In this document: piece by piece, positions 18,944 through 28,764 of the stretch | How positions within the stretch are numbered: position 1 is the stretch's first letter | How the letters are laid out: each line of letters opens with the position of its first letter | Assembly: GCA_004557825.1 (NCBI GenBank) | Contig: SFFL01000004.1 | Span: 55,808-119,807 of the forward strand | Direction: 5' to 3' | Source of the DNA: Bacteroidales bacterium | GTDB taxonomy: Bacteria > Bacteroidota > Bacteroidia > Bacteroidales > Muribaculaceae | DNA length: 64,000 bases | Program-made: the position numbers and the translations under genes | The notes under the pieces: model-generated | What the model was told of the DNA's origin: nothing | The model's database searches: none | What the model saw: only the letters and a program-made list of their open reading frames with translations

Positions 18944-19840
18944 ATGGGAATCGTTCTGCGACATAGCGGGCGGCTGTCGGCTCGGTTGGGGCGCATCCTT
19001 GCGGGGGTGTGCGTGGCCGTGCTGTGTGCCGTTTTCGCTACACAGGATGCTTCAGCGCAGATTCTCACGGAACGGAATCAGCAGCGGCTCAATACCGATT
19101 CGCTCCGACGCGCGTTTGCCGACACGCACTATTATTTCGGACTGTACAAGGATAATTATTTCATCTTCGGTCCGCCGGTCAACACCAAGCCCAACAAGCA
19201 TAACACCAACATCAAGTTCCAGATTTCGATTGCCCAGAAGCTCACCAAGGCCACCCTGCCCTGGGGCACATATCTATACCTGTTCTACACGCAGAAGGTG
19301 TTCTGGAATGTGCTGGAGAATTCGATGCCGATGACGGATCTTAACTTCAATCCGGGCGTGGGGCTGACGAAACCGATTTTCATAAAGAACCGGTTTATAG
19401 GGCGGTTGAGCCTGATTCTGGAGCATGAGTCGAACGGGCGCGACGGCGAGGCTTCGCGGTCGTGGAACAAGCTGAGTTTCGCCGGGTCGGTGATGGTTGA
19501 CCCCAATTTCGTGGTGTCGGCCAAGACCTGGATTCCGATTATCGACGGCGTGAACAATAAGGATATTCTGAAATATTGCGGCATCTACACCATCGGGTGG
19601 CAGACGTTCACCAACAACCGGAAGTTCTCGCTGTCGATGCAGCTGACGCGGAGGGCGAAGGGATGGTTCAACTACAACACCTGCATCGAGGCGGCGTGGC
19701 GCTGGTCTACGCAGAGCAATCAGTATCTCTTCGCGCAGTTCTACAATGGCTACGGCGAGGGGTTGCTCGACTATAAGGTGTATTCGTCGCACATCCGTGT
19801 GGGCATAGTGATCAAGCCCACGCTGTTCTCAGAGATTTAG
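18944..19840 (+). CDS. pldA: Outer membrane phospholipase A1
   Basis: Motifs KFQIS, EHESNG.....RSWN and GYGEGLLDY. Confidence 0.9.
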   Translation: MGIVLRHSGRLSARLGRILAGVCVAVLCAVFATQDASAQILTERNQQRLNTDSLRRAFADTHYYFGLYKDNYFIFGPPVNTKPNKHNTNIKFQISIAQKLTKATLPWGTYLYLFYTQKVFWNVLENSMPMTDLNFNPGVGLTKPIFIKNRFIGRLSLILEHESNGRDGEASRSWNKLSFAGSVMVDPNFVVSAKTWIPIIDGVNNKDILKYCGIYTIGWQTFTNNRKFSLSMQLTRRAKGWFNYNTCIEAAWRWSTQSNQYLFAQFYNGYGEGLLDYKVYSSHIRVGIVIKPTLFSEI

Positions 19841-21192
19841 CCTTTCAGGTCGTGGCGCCGGGTGGTGCGCAGGAAGAAGATGACGAAGAGGCCGGCGGCC
19901 ATAAAGAGCGACACGCTGAAACTCAGCACGATGCCATAGAGGCCAAGGCGCAGGGGGAAGGCCAGGAGCCAGGAGGAGGGGAGCCCCACCACAAGGTAGC
20001 TCACAAATGCAATCCACATCATGGGTTTTACATTGCCGGTGCCGCGCAGGGCGTTGGCAAAGTTGATTTGTGTGGCGTCGCCGAGCTGGTAGAGCACCAG
20101 TGGGAAGATTACGCCCACGGCGGCGGCAATCACGGCGGGGTCGTAGGAGAAGATGCCCATCACATTGGAGGATCCCACGCTGAAGAAGATGCTCGACAGG
20201 GCGCAGGCGGCGAGAATCACGCCGTAGCCGGCGAAGGCTTTGCGGCGCATCTGGACGGGGTCGTTGCGGCCTGCCTCGTTGGAGACGAGCACAGCCACGG
20301 CGGTGGCCATGGCGTAGTAGATGCAGAAGCCGAGCATTCCCACCACCACGATGATCTGGAAGGCGGCCATCTCGATGGCACCCAGCCAGCCGCAGAGCAC
20401 GGCGCAGCCCGAGAAGCTGGCTGTCTCGAAGCTCATCTGCAGCGACACGGGCCACGACATACTGAGTACCTGGCGGGCCGTGGCGCCGTCGCAGCGGTGG
20501 CGCAGGCAGCCGTCGGCGTAGGGGCGGTAGCGCCGCGCACGCAGGAAGATCAGGGCTATCAGCAGCGCGGCCATCACGCGGGCTATGAAGGTGGAGATGC
20601 CGGCGCCGGTCAGGCCCAGTTCGGGAAGACCCCAGTTACCGAAAATCAGCAGGTAGTTGCCCAGAATGTTCAGCATATTCACCGCCAGGGTGATCCACAT
20701 AGGCATGGAGGTGTTGCGGATGCCGTAGCTCCACTGTGCCAGCACGTTGAAGATGCAGATGGGGAGCATTCCCACCAGGTAGATCAGGAAGTAGGGGCGG
20801 ATGATGGGGAGCAGATGCGCCGGTTGACCCATATGGGGCAGCAACCAGTAGACAATCCCCATCAGCGCCATCAGCAGCAGGCAGCAGAGCAGATTCACCA
20901 GCAGGCCCACACGCACCACGCGCCCGATGCGGTCGGGCGAACCGTTGGTGAACAGGGCGCCGATGAGCGGGGTGAGGCCATAGGAGAAGCCCATGGCGCA
21001 GAAGATGGGGAGATTGAAGAGGTTGTTGACGAACGAGGCCGACGCCAGGGCATCGGTGCTGTAGTGGCCCACCATAATGTTGTCGGCGAACCCCACCACA
21101 ATCATCCCTAACTGCGCTACGAGCACGGGCAGCCCCAGCCTGAGGATGCTCAGGCAGTCGCGCAGGTATTGCTGTATGGCGGTTTTTGGCAT
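19837..21192 (-). CDS. MATE family efflux transporter
   Basis: Motifs ADNIMVG, FGNWGLPELGLTGAG and ALRGTG, with about 12 TM segments. Confidence 0.92.
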   Translation of the reverse strand: MPKTAIQQYLRDCLSILRLGLPVLVAQLGMIVVGFADNIMVGHYSTDALASASFVNNLFNLPIFCAMGFSYGLTPLIGALFTNGSPDRIGRVVRVGLLVNLLCCLLLMALMGIVYWLLPHMGQPAHLLPIIRPYFLIYLVGMLPICIFNVLAQWSYGIRNTSMPMWITLAVNMLNILGNYLLIFGNWGLPELGLTGAGISTFIARVMAALLIALIFLRARRYRPYADGCLRHRCDGATARQVLSMSWPVSLQMSFETASFSGCAVLCGWLGAIEMAAFQIIVVVGMLGFCIYYAMATAVAVLVSNEAGRNDPVQMRRKAFAGYGVILAACALSSIFFSVGSSNVMGIFSYDPAVIAAAVGVIFPLVLYQLGDATQINFANALRGTGNVKPMMWIAFVSYLVVGLPSSWLLAFPLRLGLYGIVLSFSVSLFMAAGLFVIFFLRTTRRHDLKG

Positions 21193-21310
21193 AAAAGCAG
21201 ATTTTAGTGCTCAGTGCTTAGATGGTAGATATTTTAGTGCTCAGTGCTCTTTTTGTCTTTATGTCTTTCTGTCTAAAATTCAGCCTGGCTTTCTGTCGGC
21301 TGGCAGGAGG

Positions 21311-22990
21311 CTATTGCCGGGATTTGATGCGCCACTCTTTGGGGTAGAGGTTGTTGGTGCGGTTGCCGAGGTTTTTCACGAAGCCGAGGGGGGCGCCACG
21401 GTAGGTGAGCAGCACGAAGCCACGCGGAATGTCGGCGGGGAGCGTCACGGCGTCGCGACTGAGGTAGGCCAGGGCCTGGGCGGTGTCGACCTCGGCGGTG
21501 GGGAAGGCGTCGGGCCGCAAGGCGGTGGAGAGGGCGAGCGGCTGGGTGGGGATGAGGTAGGCGCCCTTGAGGGTGGCGGCGTCGATGCCGGCGGCAATCA
21601 CCTGCAGGGCGCGGCTCAGGCGTGGCATAACCCCGGCCACGGGGAGGGGCAACAGGCGTACGCTCCCGTCGGGGAGCGTCTGCGCGGCAAACTGCTCCGG
21701 CTCCACCAGCCAGGCGAGCGCCGCCTCGGCAGCTTTCGCGCCGCCGCCGGTTTTCGCTCCCTTAGCCGCGCCTTTCCCGGCGTTTTTTCCGGCGTTTGGG
21801 GCGCCTTTCCCGGCTTTCGTGGTTCGGGAATCGCCGGCTCTGCGGCGGCCATTCTCCTTTTGGGTGGGCTCTGGTAAATTGTAGGGGCGCGATAAATCGC
21901 GGCCGCGCCCGGCGGGCTTCTGCAGGATGGCCATAAAGAGGCCTTCGCCGCGCACAAGGCCGGGAATGAAGCGGATGGCTTCCACGCCGAAGCCTTCGCA
22001 GGCGCGCATCTCCGGCGTCAGGAAACTGGGGACGGCCTCGCTTCGGGCATGCGCCCTCAGCACAGTGTTGCTGACGGCAGCCTGCGCGGCGGCTATAGCA
22101 TGGGAGGCTATATTGGGGGCATCGGCGAGGAGGCGGGCGGGGGAGAGGGGGAGGGCGCCGAGGGTGTCGCGGAGCCAGGCCACCTGGGCCTCGTTTTCGG
22201 TGGTGTTGAAGGTGCAGGTGGAGTAGACGAGGTAACCGCCGGGGCGAAGCGCCTCCCACAGGTTGGCGAGGATTTCGCGCTGACGGGCGGCGCACTCTTC
22301 CACCAGGCGGGGCGTCCACTGGTCGCGCGCCACGGCATCTTTGCGCATCATCCCTTCGCCGGAACAGGGGGCGTCGACGGCCACCACATCAAACAGTCCC
22401 TCCAACGACCGGAAGCGGGCGGTGTCGCCGCGCGTTACCACGGTGTAGGGGGAGCCCCATTTGGCCACATTCTCGCGGAGGATTTCGGCGCGCTGGAAGT
22501 CATATTCGTTGGCCACGACCACCGAACCGGCGGGGAGCCCGTCGAGGGCGGCCAGGGTCTTGCCGCCGGGCGCCGCGCAGGCATCGAGCCACAGCACCGG
22601 CCGCAGCGGCGCAGCGCTGGCCGGGGTAGATTGCGCCTGGGCATCTTGGGCGAGGCGGGCGGCGAGGGCACGGGCCACGGCGGAGGTTATCATCGAGGAG
22701 GCTTCCTGTACATAGTAGCGGCCCTGATGCAGCTCCGGGTCGAAGGTAAAGCGCGGGCGCTCAGTGAGATAGCGGCCACCATCGGGCCACCAGGCCACCG
22801 GATCGAGGCCGGAGGAGATGGCGGAGCCATTGGCGCTGGCAGGGGCGGAGTTGCCGGCGATGGTGGGGCGGGGCTTGGCCGGATTGAGGCGTATGGAGGT
22901 TTGCGGCTCTGTGGAGAGCAGCGTGGCGGGGAGGGCGGCCAGGCGCGGGTCGCCAGTGGCGCGCAGCATTTCTTCAAATCCGGGGTGCAT
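21311..22990 (-). CDS. RsmF/NOL1/NOP2/Sun-family rRNA m5C methyltransferase with repeat insertions
   Basis: Motifs YVQEASSM, DACAAPGGKT, DAPCSGEGM, YSTCT and a C-terminal NNLYPKEWRI. Confidence 0.92.
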   Translation of the reverse strand: MHPGFEEMLRATGDPRLAALPATLLSTEPQTSIRLNPAKPRPTIAGNSAPASANGSAISSGLDPVAWWPDGGRYLTERPRFTFDPELHQGRYYVQEASSMITSAVARALAARLAQDAQAQSTPASAAPLRPVLWLDACAAPGGKTLAALDGLPAGSVVVANEYDFQRAEILRENVAKWGSPYTVVTRGDTARFRSLEGLFDVVAVDAPCSGEGMMRKDAVARDQWTPRLVEECAARQREILANLWEALRPGGYLVYSTCTFNTTENEAQVAWLRDTLGALPLSPARLLADAPNIASHAIAAAQAAVSNTVLRAHARSEAVPSFLTPEMRACEGFGVEAIRFIPGLVRGEGLFMAILQKPAGRGRDLSRPYNLPEPTQKENGRRRAGDSRTTKAGKGAPNAGKNAGKGAAKGAKTGGGAKAAEAALAWLVEPEQFAAQTLPDGSVRLLPLPVAGVMPRLSRALQVIAAGIDAATLKGAYLIPTQPLALSTALRPDAFPTAEVDTAQALAYLSRDAVTLPADIPRGFVLLTYRGAPLGFVKNLGNRTNNLYPKEWRIKSRQ

Positions 22991-22993
22991 AGG

Positions 22994-23122
22994 TAGTGCT
23001 TAGTGCTTAGATTTTAGATAGTAGATAGCCATCCGGGGCGGGCGCGAAAAATCGCGCCCCTACAGGCCTCCTGTGCTCCTGTCTTTGGCATTCCACATTC
23101 CGCATTATGCATTGAGCATTGG
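22994..23122. repeat. Composite intergenic repeat
   Basis: TTAGATAG heptamers, REP 23029-23064, CTCCTGTG module and GCATT heptamers. Confidence 0.85.
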
Positions 23123-23190
23123 CAGTGGGGAATACGCAGACAAGGGAGCGCCTTTGGGGCGTTCCCTGTGTATGGCGGGCCGGAAGCGGC

Positions 23191-23592
23191 TTAGTTGGCG
23201 GGGGTAGCAGGTGCGGCAGGCGCAGCAGGTGCCTGGGCGGCGGGAGCGGGAGCCTGAGCAGCGGGTGCAGCAGGTGCGGCGGGTGCCGGGGTGGCGGCGG
23301 GAGCGGTGGTTTCGCTGCCTTTGATTACCTGCATTTCGGTGGTGGGCTTAACGCGCGAACCGGTGACTACGCTGGGCATCACGAATACCGAAAGGATGGA
23401 AAGGAGGCCGATGATGGCGGCCAGGGTCCATGTGGCCTTCTCGATGAAGTCGTTGGTGCGGCGTACGCCAAGCACCTGGTTGCCACTGCCGAAGGATGAG
23501 GAGAGGCCTCCTCCTTTGGATTTCTGCACCAGTACAACGACGATTAGAAGGATGGAGATAAGTACTGTGAGTACAATAGTAAGGATATACAT
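23191..23592 (-). CDS. secG: Preprotein translocase subunit SecG
   Basis: VLVQKSKGGGLSSSF...EKATW. Confidence 0.95.
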   Translation of the reverse strand: MYILTIVLTVLISILLIVVVLVQKSKGGGLSSSFGSGNQVLGVRRTNDFIEKATWTLAAIIGLLSILSVFVMPSVVTGSRVKPTTEMQVIKGSETTAPAATPAPAAPAAPAAQAPAPAAQAPAAPAAPATPAN

Positions 23593-23685
23593 ATTCTGTA
23601 ATAACTTTTACGGGTGAATCCGGGGCCGGAGCCGGGGTGCGTTTTCTGCTTTTAGCCTGTCTATGATGGCTTTTGGCGGCAGTTT

Positions 23686-24408
23686 TTACTGCTGTTTGAG
23701 CTTCTCGATGAGGATGAGCTTTTGCAGGAAGCGCATTTGGTCTGCAAAGTAAGCACTTTTTTCCGGAAATCGCAAATTTAAGTGCGAAAGAATTTCATAA
23801 GCGGCTTCGTAGCGGTGCGTTTTTACATAAATTTTGGCCAATGACTCGGAGAGGAGGCCGTCGGGAGCCTGCGCTGCGGCGCCTTTCGCCCGGGCAGGAG
23901 TGGCGGGCTGCGCCGGGGCTTGGGCTTCTGTGGGCCTTGTTGGGTGATCGGCCGTGCACGGCCGATAACTGGACGAGGCCTGCTGGGGCTGCGCGGAAGC
24001 GGCAGCCGGGGCGGCAGCGGGGGCGGCAGCCTGGGCGGGGGAGTGGTGGGAGAGGATGAAGCGGTTGATGCGGTCGTCGGGGGTGTCGGCAGCAGAGGGG
24101 GCACCGGCGGGGGCGTCTGGCAGGGAGGAGGCTTCTTCGCGGGCGAGCTGCTGAGAGTAGTCGGGCACGGGGTTGAATATCAGGCGCTCGAGGGTGGCGG
24201 TTTCTGAGTCGTCGGGGGTGCCGAATGTCTGGAGGAAGTCTTCAATGGCGGCGGCGGTGGAGGGGGTGTTGTGCTCCTGCCGCGGGGGGTAGAAGTTATC
24301 GAAGCGGTTGGCGTCGGGGTGCCCCGAAAGGTGTGCCAGGGCGTCGCCGGAGGGCGCACGCAGGGCGTCGGCGAGGGTGGGTTCGGTGTATTTGCGGGGC
24401 TTTTCCAT
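23686..24408 (-). CDS. Conserved secG-upstream protein with C-terminal TPR-like motif and a repeat insertion
   Basis: SESLAKIY...L.FPEKSAYFADQ.RFL motif, and its position in the lptE-secG gene order. Confidence 0.75.
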   Translation of the reverse strand: MEKPRKYTEPTLADALRAPSGDALAHLSGHPDANRFDNFYPPRQEHNTPSTAAAIEDFLQTFGTPDDSETATLERLIFNPVPDYSQQLAREEASSLPDAPAGAPSAADTPDDRINRFILSHHSPAQAAAPAAAPAAASAQPQQASSSYRPCTADHPTRPTEAQAPAQPATPARAKGAAAQAPDGLLSESLAKIYVKTHRYEAAYEILSHLNLRFPEKSAYFADQMRFLQKLILIEKLKQQ

Positions 24409-24446
24409 AGTGCTTGGAGCTTAGATAGTAGATGACGGCCGGGGGG

Positions 24447-24962
24447 TTACCAGTTGCCGAGGGTGGCGTTGAAGATGAGCTCGACAAGCTCTTTGGCGAT
24501 TTGCTGGCAGAGCTCGTCCTGGACGTCCATCAGCATCTGTGAGGCGTCGAAGTCGCGGTAGGCAGAGAAGCTTTGGTCGATATTGTTGGAGTCTTTTTTT
24601 GTGTCGGTGTAGCGGACGCGCACGGTGATGGTGAGGCGTGTGCGTGATGCGTAGGCGTCTTCGGTGACGGCTTGCGGGGTGAGTGAGTATCCGGTGATTT
24701 CGCCGTCGATTTCGAGGTCGGAGGCTCCGTCGACGGTCTGGAGGCGGGTGTTGCGGGTGACGTAGTCGAGGAGCTCGTTTTCGAAGGTTTGCTGGAGCGG
24801 GGCGTATACAAGGGCGGCACGGATGGGGAATTCGCCGATGTGCACGGTTTTGTAGATGGAGTAGTCGAGGGCTGCGCCGTTAAACTTGTAGCTGATTGAG
24901 CAGCTGTGGTTTATGCCGGCGAGGATGGCGAGGGTGAATAATATGAGGATTTTTCGGATCAT
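24447..24962 (-). CDS. lptE: LptE-family lipoprotein
   Basis: Lipobox SC-SISYKFNGA, plus RLTITV and IFNATLGNW. Confidence 0.78.
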   Translation of the reverse strand: MIRKILILFTLAILAGINHSCSISYKFNGAALDYSIYKTVHIGEFPIRAALVYAPLQQTFENELLDYVTRNTRLQTVDGASDLEIDGEITGYSLTPQAVTEDAYASRTRLTITVRVRYTDTKKDSNNIDQSFSAYRDFDASQMLMDVQDELCQQIAKELVELIFNATLGNW

Positions 24963-26209
24963 TCGAGGCCGTATTCTTTGATTTTGCGGTAGAGGGTGCG
25001 CTCGGAGATGCCGAGCTGGGAGGCGGCGGCTTTTCGACGGCCGGAGTTGTCGTCGAGGGCGCGTCGGATTTGCTCTTTTTCGGAGAGGGGCGGCTCGTCG
25101 GCGGCAAGTGAGGGCCCGTCGGCGGGGAGAGGGTCGACGTCGGTGACGGCAGGGGATGAGCTGCGGACGCTCAGGAGGGAGGCAAGGCGGGTGTCGGAGG
25201 GGCCGGCAGGGTATGTGGAACCGGAGGGAGAGGCGGAGGCGAGGGTGTCGCGGAGGGAGTCGACGTCGGCGCGGAGCTGCTCGATCTGTTGTTTCATATT
25301 ATATATGAGAGAGAAGAGCATTTCGCGTTCGCGGCGGTATGAGTGGTCGTCGGGAGAGGGGATGGTGGCGGGGTGAGTGTCGGGAGCAGTGCGGAGGGCG
25401 GGGACGTTCGTAGCGGTGGCTTCGGGTAGGACTTCCGCGAGGGCCTGTGTGGTGACGGGGGTGTCCTCGGGGGTGTAGAGGGCGAGCTGCTCCACAGCGT
25501 TCTTGAGCTGACGGATGTTGCCGGGCCAACGGTAGGTGAGGAGGCGCTGTGCGGCGTCGTCGGAGAAGGAGATGGGACGTGTGCGGTAGCGTTCGGCGAA
25601 GTCGGCGGCAAATTTGCGGCAGAGCAGGAGGATGTCGCTGCTGCGGTCGCGCAGCGGTGGCACGGTGATGCTCACAGCGGCCAGACGGTAGTAGAGGTCC
25701 TGGCGGAAGCGGCCTTGGGCGATGGCCTGGGGGAGGTCGACGTTTGTGGCGGCGACGATGCGGATGTTGGTTTTCTGCACTTCTGAGGAGCCAACGCGGA
25801 TGTATTCGCCGGATTCGAGCACGCGCAGGAGTCGGGCCTGGGTGGTCAGAGGCAGCTCGGCTACTTCGTCGAGGAAGATTGTGCCGCCGTTGGCTTCCTC
25901 GAAGTAGCCCTTGCGGGAGTTGACGGCGCCGGTGAAGGAGCCTTTTTCGTGGCCGAAAAGTTCGGAGTCGATGGTGCCTTCGGGGATGGCGCCGCAGTTT
26001 ACGGCGATGAAGCGGGCGTGTTTGCGCGGGGAGAACTGGTGGATAATCCTGGGGAAGAATTCTTTGCCGGTGCCGCTTTCGCCCACGACGAGCACCGACA
26101 GGTCGGTGGGGGCCACGCGGATGGCGCGGTCGACGGCTTTGTTGAGATCAGGGGCTGTTCCGATGATTCCCAGGCGCGATTTGGCTTGCTGTATGAGAGA
26201 AGTATTCAT
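24959..26209 (-). CDS. Sigma-54-interacting AAA+ regulator with Fis HTH
   Basis: Motifs GESGTGKE, GSFTGA, FLDEV and WPGNIRQL, and HTH LGISERTLYRK. True start probably MNTSL at 26209. Confidence 0.92.
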   Translation of the reverse strand: MNTSLIQQAKSRLGIIGTAPDLNKAVDRAIRVAPTDLSVLVVGESGTGKEFFPRIIHQFSPRKHARFIAVNCGAIPEGTIDSELFGHEKGSFTGAVNSRKGYFEEANGGTIFLDEVAELPLTTQARLLRVLESGEYIRVGSSEVQKTNIRIVAATNVDLPQAIAQGRFRQDLYYRLAAVSITVPPLRDRSSDILLLCRKFAADFAERYRTRPISFSDDAAQRLLTYRWPGNIRQLKNAVEQLALYTPEDTPVTTQALAEVLPEATATNVPALRTAPDTHPATIPSPDDHSYRREREMLFSLIYNMKQQIEQLRADVDSLRDTLASASPSGSTYPAGPSDTRLASLLSVRSSSPAVTDVDPLPADGPSLAADEPPLSEKEQIRRALDDNSGRRKAAASQLGISERTLYRKIKEYGLE

Positions 26210-26219
26210 GAAGAAATGC

Positions 26220-26418
26220 TGAAAAGACAGGAGAACAGGAGGCGCTTCGCGGCGCTGCCTTCCGCTTCGGAAGGCCGGAGAACGGGTGGCTGCGCGGGTT
26301 GTGAGCCGTGTTGGGTGATCGGCCATGCACGGCCGATAACAGGACAAGGCCTGCTGGGCAATGCGGCATTAAGTATTCTGCATTACGCATTTTGCATTTT
26401 GCATTCTGCATTACGCCA
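26220..26418. repeat. Composite intergenic repeat
   Basis: CAGGAG module, palindrome element 26304-26351 and GCATT heptamers. Confidence 0.85.
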
Positions 26419-27402
26419 TTAGGCTTTGGGGGCGAGGGTTTCGGTGCCGTCGGGGTGGAGGGTGAGGGTGGCGCGGGAGCGAATCTCGCGGTCGTCGCGG
26501 AGGTCGTAGGTCTGGGCGCGGAGGAAGTCGCCAAACTCTTTGGTAGAGCCCATGTGGGCTTTGAGCTCGTCGACCGAGATGGGGTCGCCGACGGTAACGG
26601 TGAAGGTTTTATGGCGTTTGCGGAAAACTTCGGCGGGGTGGCGGAAGGTGCGGAGCTGCCAGCAGGTGACGCCCAGGAAGTTGAACCACCACGACTGGCT
26701 GCCGTGGAAGAAGATGGGCACTACGGGCACTTTGAGCTGCTGGATGAGGCGGATAATGGAATCCTGCCACTGGCGGTCTTTGAGGCGGCCGCGCCAGTTG
26801 GTTTTAGCCACGGCACCTGCGGGGAAGAAGCCTACAGGCTCTCCGGAGCGCACGAGCTTGATGGCTTCCTTGATACCGGCCATCGACACGGCTTTCTTCT
26901 TGGGGTCGTCGGAGGCCATGGCGTCGACAGCGATGAAGTTGGGACGCATCGACCAGATGTAGTTGAGAAACATATTCACCATCACCTTGTAGCCGGGGCG
27001 GCGACGGGCGATGAGGTCGATGAGGATAATGCCGTCGAGGGCGCCGAAATGGTGGTTGCTGACGGTGACGAAAGCGCCCTGGGGGAGATTGCGGAGCACT
27101 TCGCCGTTCTCCACCTTCACGGTGATGTCGAGGTCGTGGAGCATACCGCGCTCCACATCGGCGCCTTTCTTGTGGCAGTTGTGGGCGTGGAGGGCGTTTA
27201 CCTTGTCGAGCGACAGGAAGTGGATGAGCCAGTTGGTGAGGCGGGGATGGCGGCCCAGGAAGGGCACCATCTTGCCTATGTCCTCGGCATCGAGCACGGT
27301 GGGCTTCAGGGGCTTCTCCTGTGCGGGAGCCTCAGCGGCGGGTTTCTCCTGTGCGGGAGCCTGGGCAACGGGCTGGGTGGGCTTATTATTTTCTTCGGTC
27401 AT
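26419..27402 (-). CDS. Lysophospholipid acyltransferase (PlsC-like) family protein
   Basis: SNHHFGALDG (HxxxxD) and FFPAG. Start at MTEENNK. Confidence 0.85.
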   Translation of the reverse strand: MTEENNKPTQPVAQAPAQEKPAAEAPAQEKPLKPTVLDAEDIGKMVPFLGRHPRLTNWLIHFLSLDKVNALHAHNCHKKGADVERGMLHDLDITVKVENGEVLRNLPQGAFVTVSNHHFGALDGIILIDLIARRRPGYKVMVNMFLNYIWSMRPNFIAVDAMASDDPKKKAVSMAGIKEAIKLVRSGEPVGFFPAGAVAKTNWRGRLKDRQWQDSIIRLIQQLKVPVVPIFFHGSQSWWFNFLGVTCWQLRTFRHPAEVFRKRHKTFTVTVGDPISVDELKAHMGSTKEFGDFLRAQTYDLRDDREIRSRATLTLHPDGTETLAPKA

Positions 27403-27432
27403 ATACGATTTTGTGTTTGCGATTGCAATCCA

Positions 27433-27480
27433 CAAAGTTACGAAAAAAAGCGTAAAAGTATCGCTTTTTTCGTAACTTTG
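27433..27480. promoter_or_regulatory. Divergent -7 elements embedded in a ~19-bp inverted repeat
   Basis: CAAAGTTACGAAAAAAAGCG-n9-CGCTTTTTTCGTAACTTTG. Confidence 0.7.
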
Positions 27481-27500
27481 CCTGTGAAACAATCTTTTAT

Positions 27501-28568
27501 ATGGCTGACAACGAAACAATGATGGCGGAAACGGGCGCTCCCGGTGCGGCTTCAGAAGGCCGCGGCGGCGGGAGGATTCAGTCGCTCGACGCGCTGAAAT
27601 TGCTGGCTATCTTCCTTGTCCTCTGGGGGCATTGCCTGCTTGAGATGACGACCACCGACTCCAGTTACGATCCGATGTTTCGGTTCATCTCCTCCTTTCA
27701 TATGCCGCTGTTTATGATGATTGCCGGATTTTTCTATTATTACACTTTCCGGCCGGGCTTTCTGCGGAATGTGTGGCACAAATTCCGTCAGGTGCTGCTC
27801 CCGTTGGTGTGCTGGACGGTGATTTTCGAGGTATATCTGTGGTATGTGTACCGCCATGACGAGCCGGCGCACCTTATACATGCGCTGCACTACGGGCTGT
27901 GGTTTCTCAAAAGCCTGTTTGTGTGCTGTATGCTTGGGTATTTCGTGTATGCGCCCGGGCGTATGTGGCTGCGCTGGACGATGCTGGTGCTGACGCTGGC
28001 GGTGAGCCAGCTGATAGGGCTGAGCACGTGGATGTATCCCTGCTTCTTAGCCGGCGGTGCGGTGTGTATACTGCGCGGGCAGATGCTGCGCCACCTGTGG
28101 TGGGTGCTTGGGGTGTCGGGCGTGCTGTTTGCGGCGACGCTCTGCTTCTTCGACGCTGAAACGATGCAAGTGGCCGATGATCATTTCTCGCGCAAATTGA
28201 TTTTTACCGAACCGGGAGCGGTGGCGCTCTACCGGCTGCAGCGCGATGTCACCGGCATCGCCGGAGGGCTGTTCTTCATAGCCCTGTTTGAATTGCTGTT
28301 CGCCACACCGCGGCGGGGGCGCTTTGCGCTCTGGGCCTGCCGGTGGGGCAAGCTTACGCTGGGCATCTACATCCTGCAGACGCTCCTGCTGGAGTTTATG
28401 CTGGCGCGATGGGTGAAATTCGACGGGATGAATTACCTGCTGTTCACCTTTGTGGTGGCGCCGCTGATTTCGATGGCGGTAATGGCGCTGTCGGTGGGCA
28501 TCATTCGCCTGATCCAGCGCTCACGGGTGGCCTCCTTCCTGCTGCTGGGCAGCCGGTGGAAAAATTGA
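27501..28568 (+). CDS. Acyltransferase family 3 membrane protein
   Basis: Motifs RIQSLDALK, LVLWGH, FHMPLF and LWFL, with about 10 TM segments. Confidence 0.88.
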   Translation: MADNETMMAETGAPGAASEGRGGGRIQSLDALKLLAIFLVLWGHCLLEMTTTDSSYDPMFRFISSFHMPLFMMIAGFFYYYTFRPGFLRNVWHKFRQVLLPLVCWTVIFEVYLWYVYRHDEPAHLIHALHYGLWFLKSLFVCCMLGYFVYAPGRMWLRWTMLVLTLAVSQLIGLSTWMYPCFLAGGAVCILRGQMLRHLWWVLGVSGVLFAATLCFFDAETMQVADDHFSRKLIFTEPGAVALYRLQRDVTGIAGGLFFIALFELLFATPRRGRFALWACRWGKLTLGIYILQTLLLEFMLARWVKFDGMNYLLFTFVVAPLISMAVMALSVGIIRLIQRSRVASFLLLGSRWKN

Positions 28569-28764
28569 AAATTTAAAATTAACAATTTAAAATTGCCATC
28601 CGGGCGCGGGCGCGAAGAATCGCGCCCCTACAAGCCTGGTGCAGAGGCTTCTGTGCTCCTGTTCTCCTGTCTTTGGCGAAACAGGGGCGGGCGCGAAGAA
28701 TCGCGCCCCTACAGCAGGGTGGCCATTCTGCATTGGGCATTAGGCATTGGGCGTTCTGCATTGA
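28560..28764. repeat. Composite intergenic repeat
   Basis: AAAATT heptamers, REPs 28596-28632 and 28684-28713, and GCATT heptamers. Confidence 0.85.

Noticed and set aside
26210..26347. ORF-track N-terminal extension of the sigma-54 regulator containing RPCMAD
   Set aside because: It begins at a non-ATG codon inside an intergenic repeat, and family-like sequence begins at ATG 26209. I did not count it as a coding insertion.
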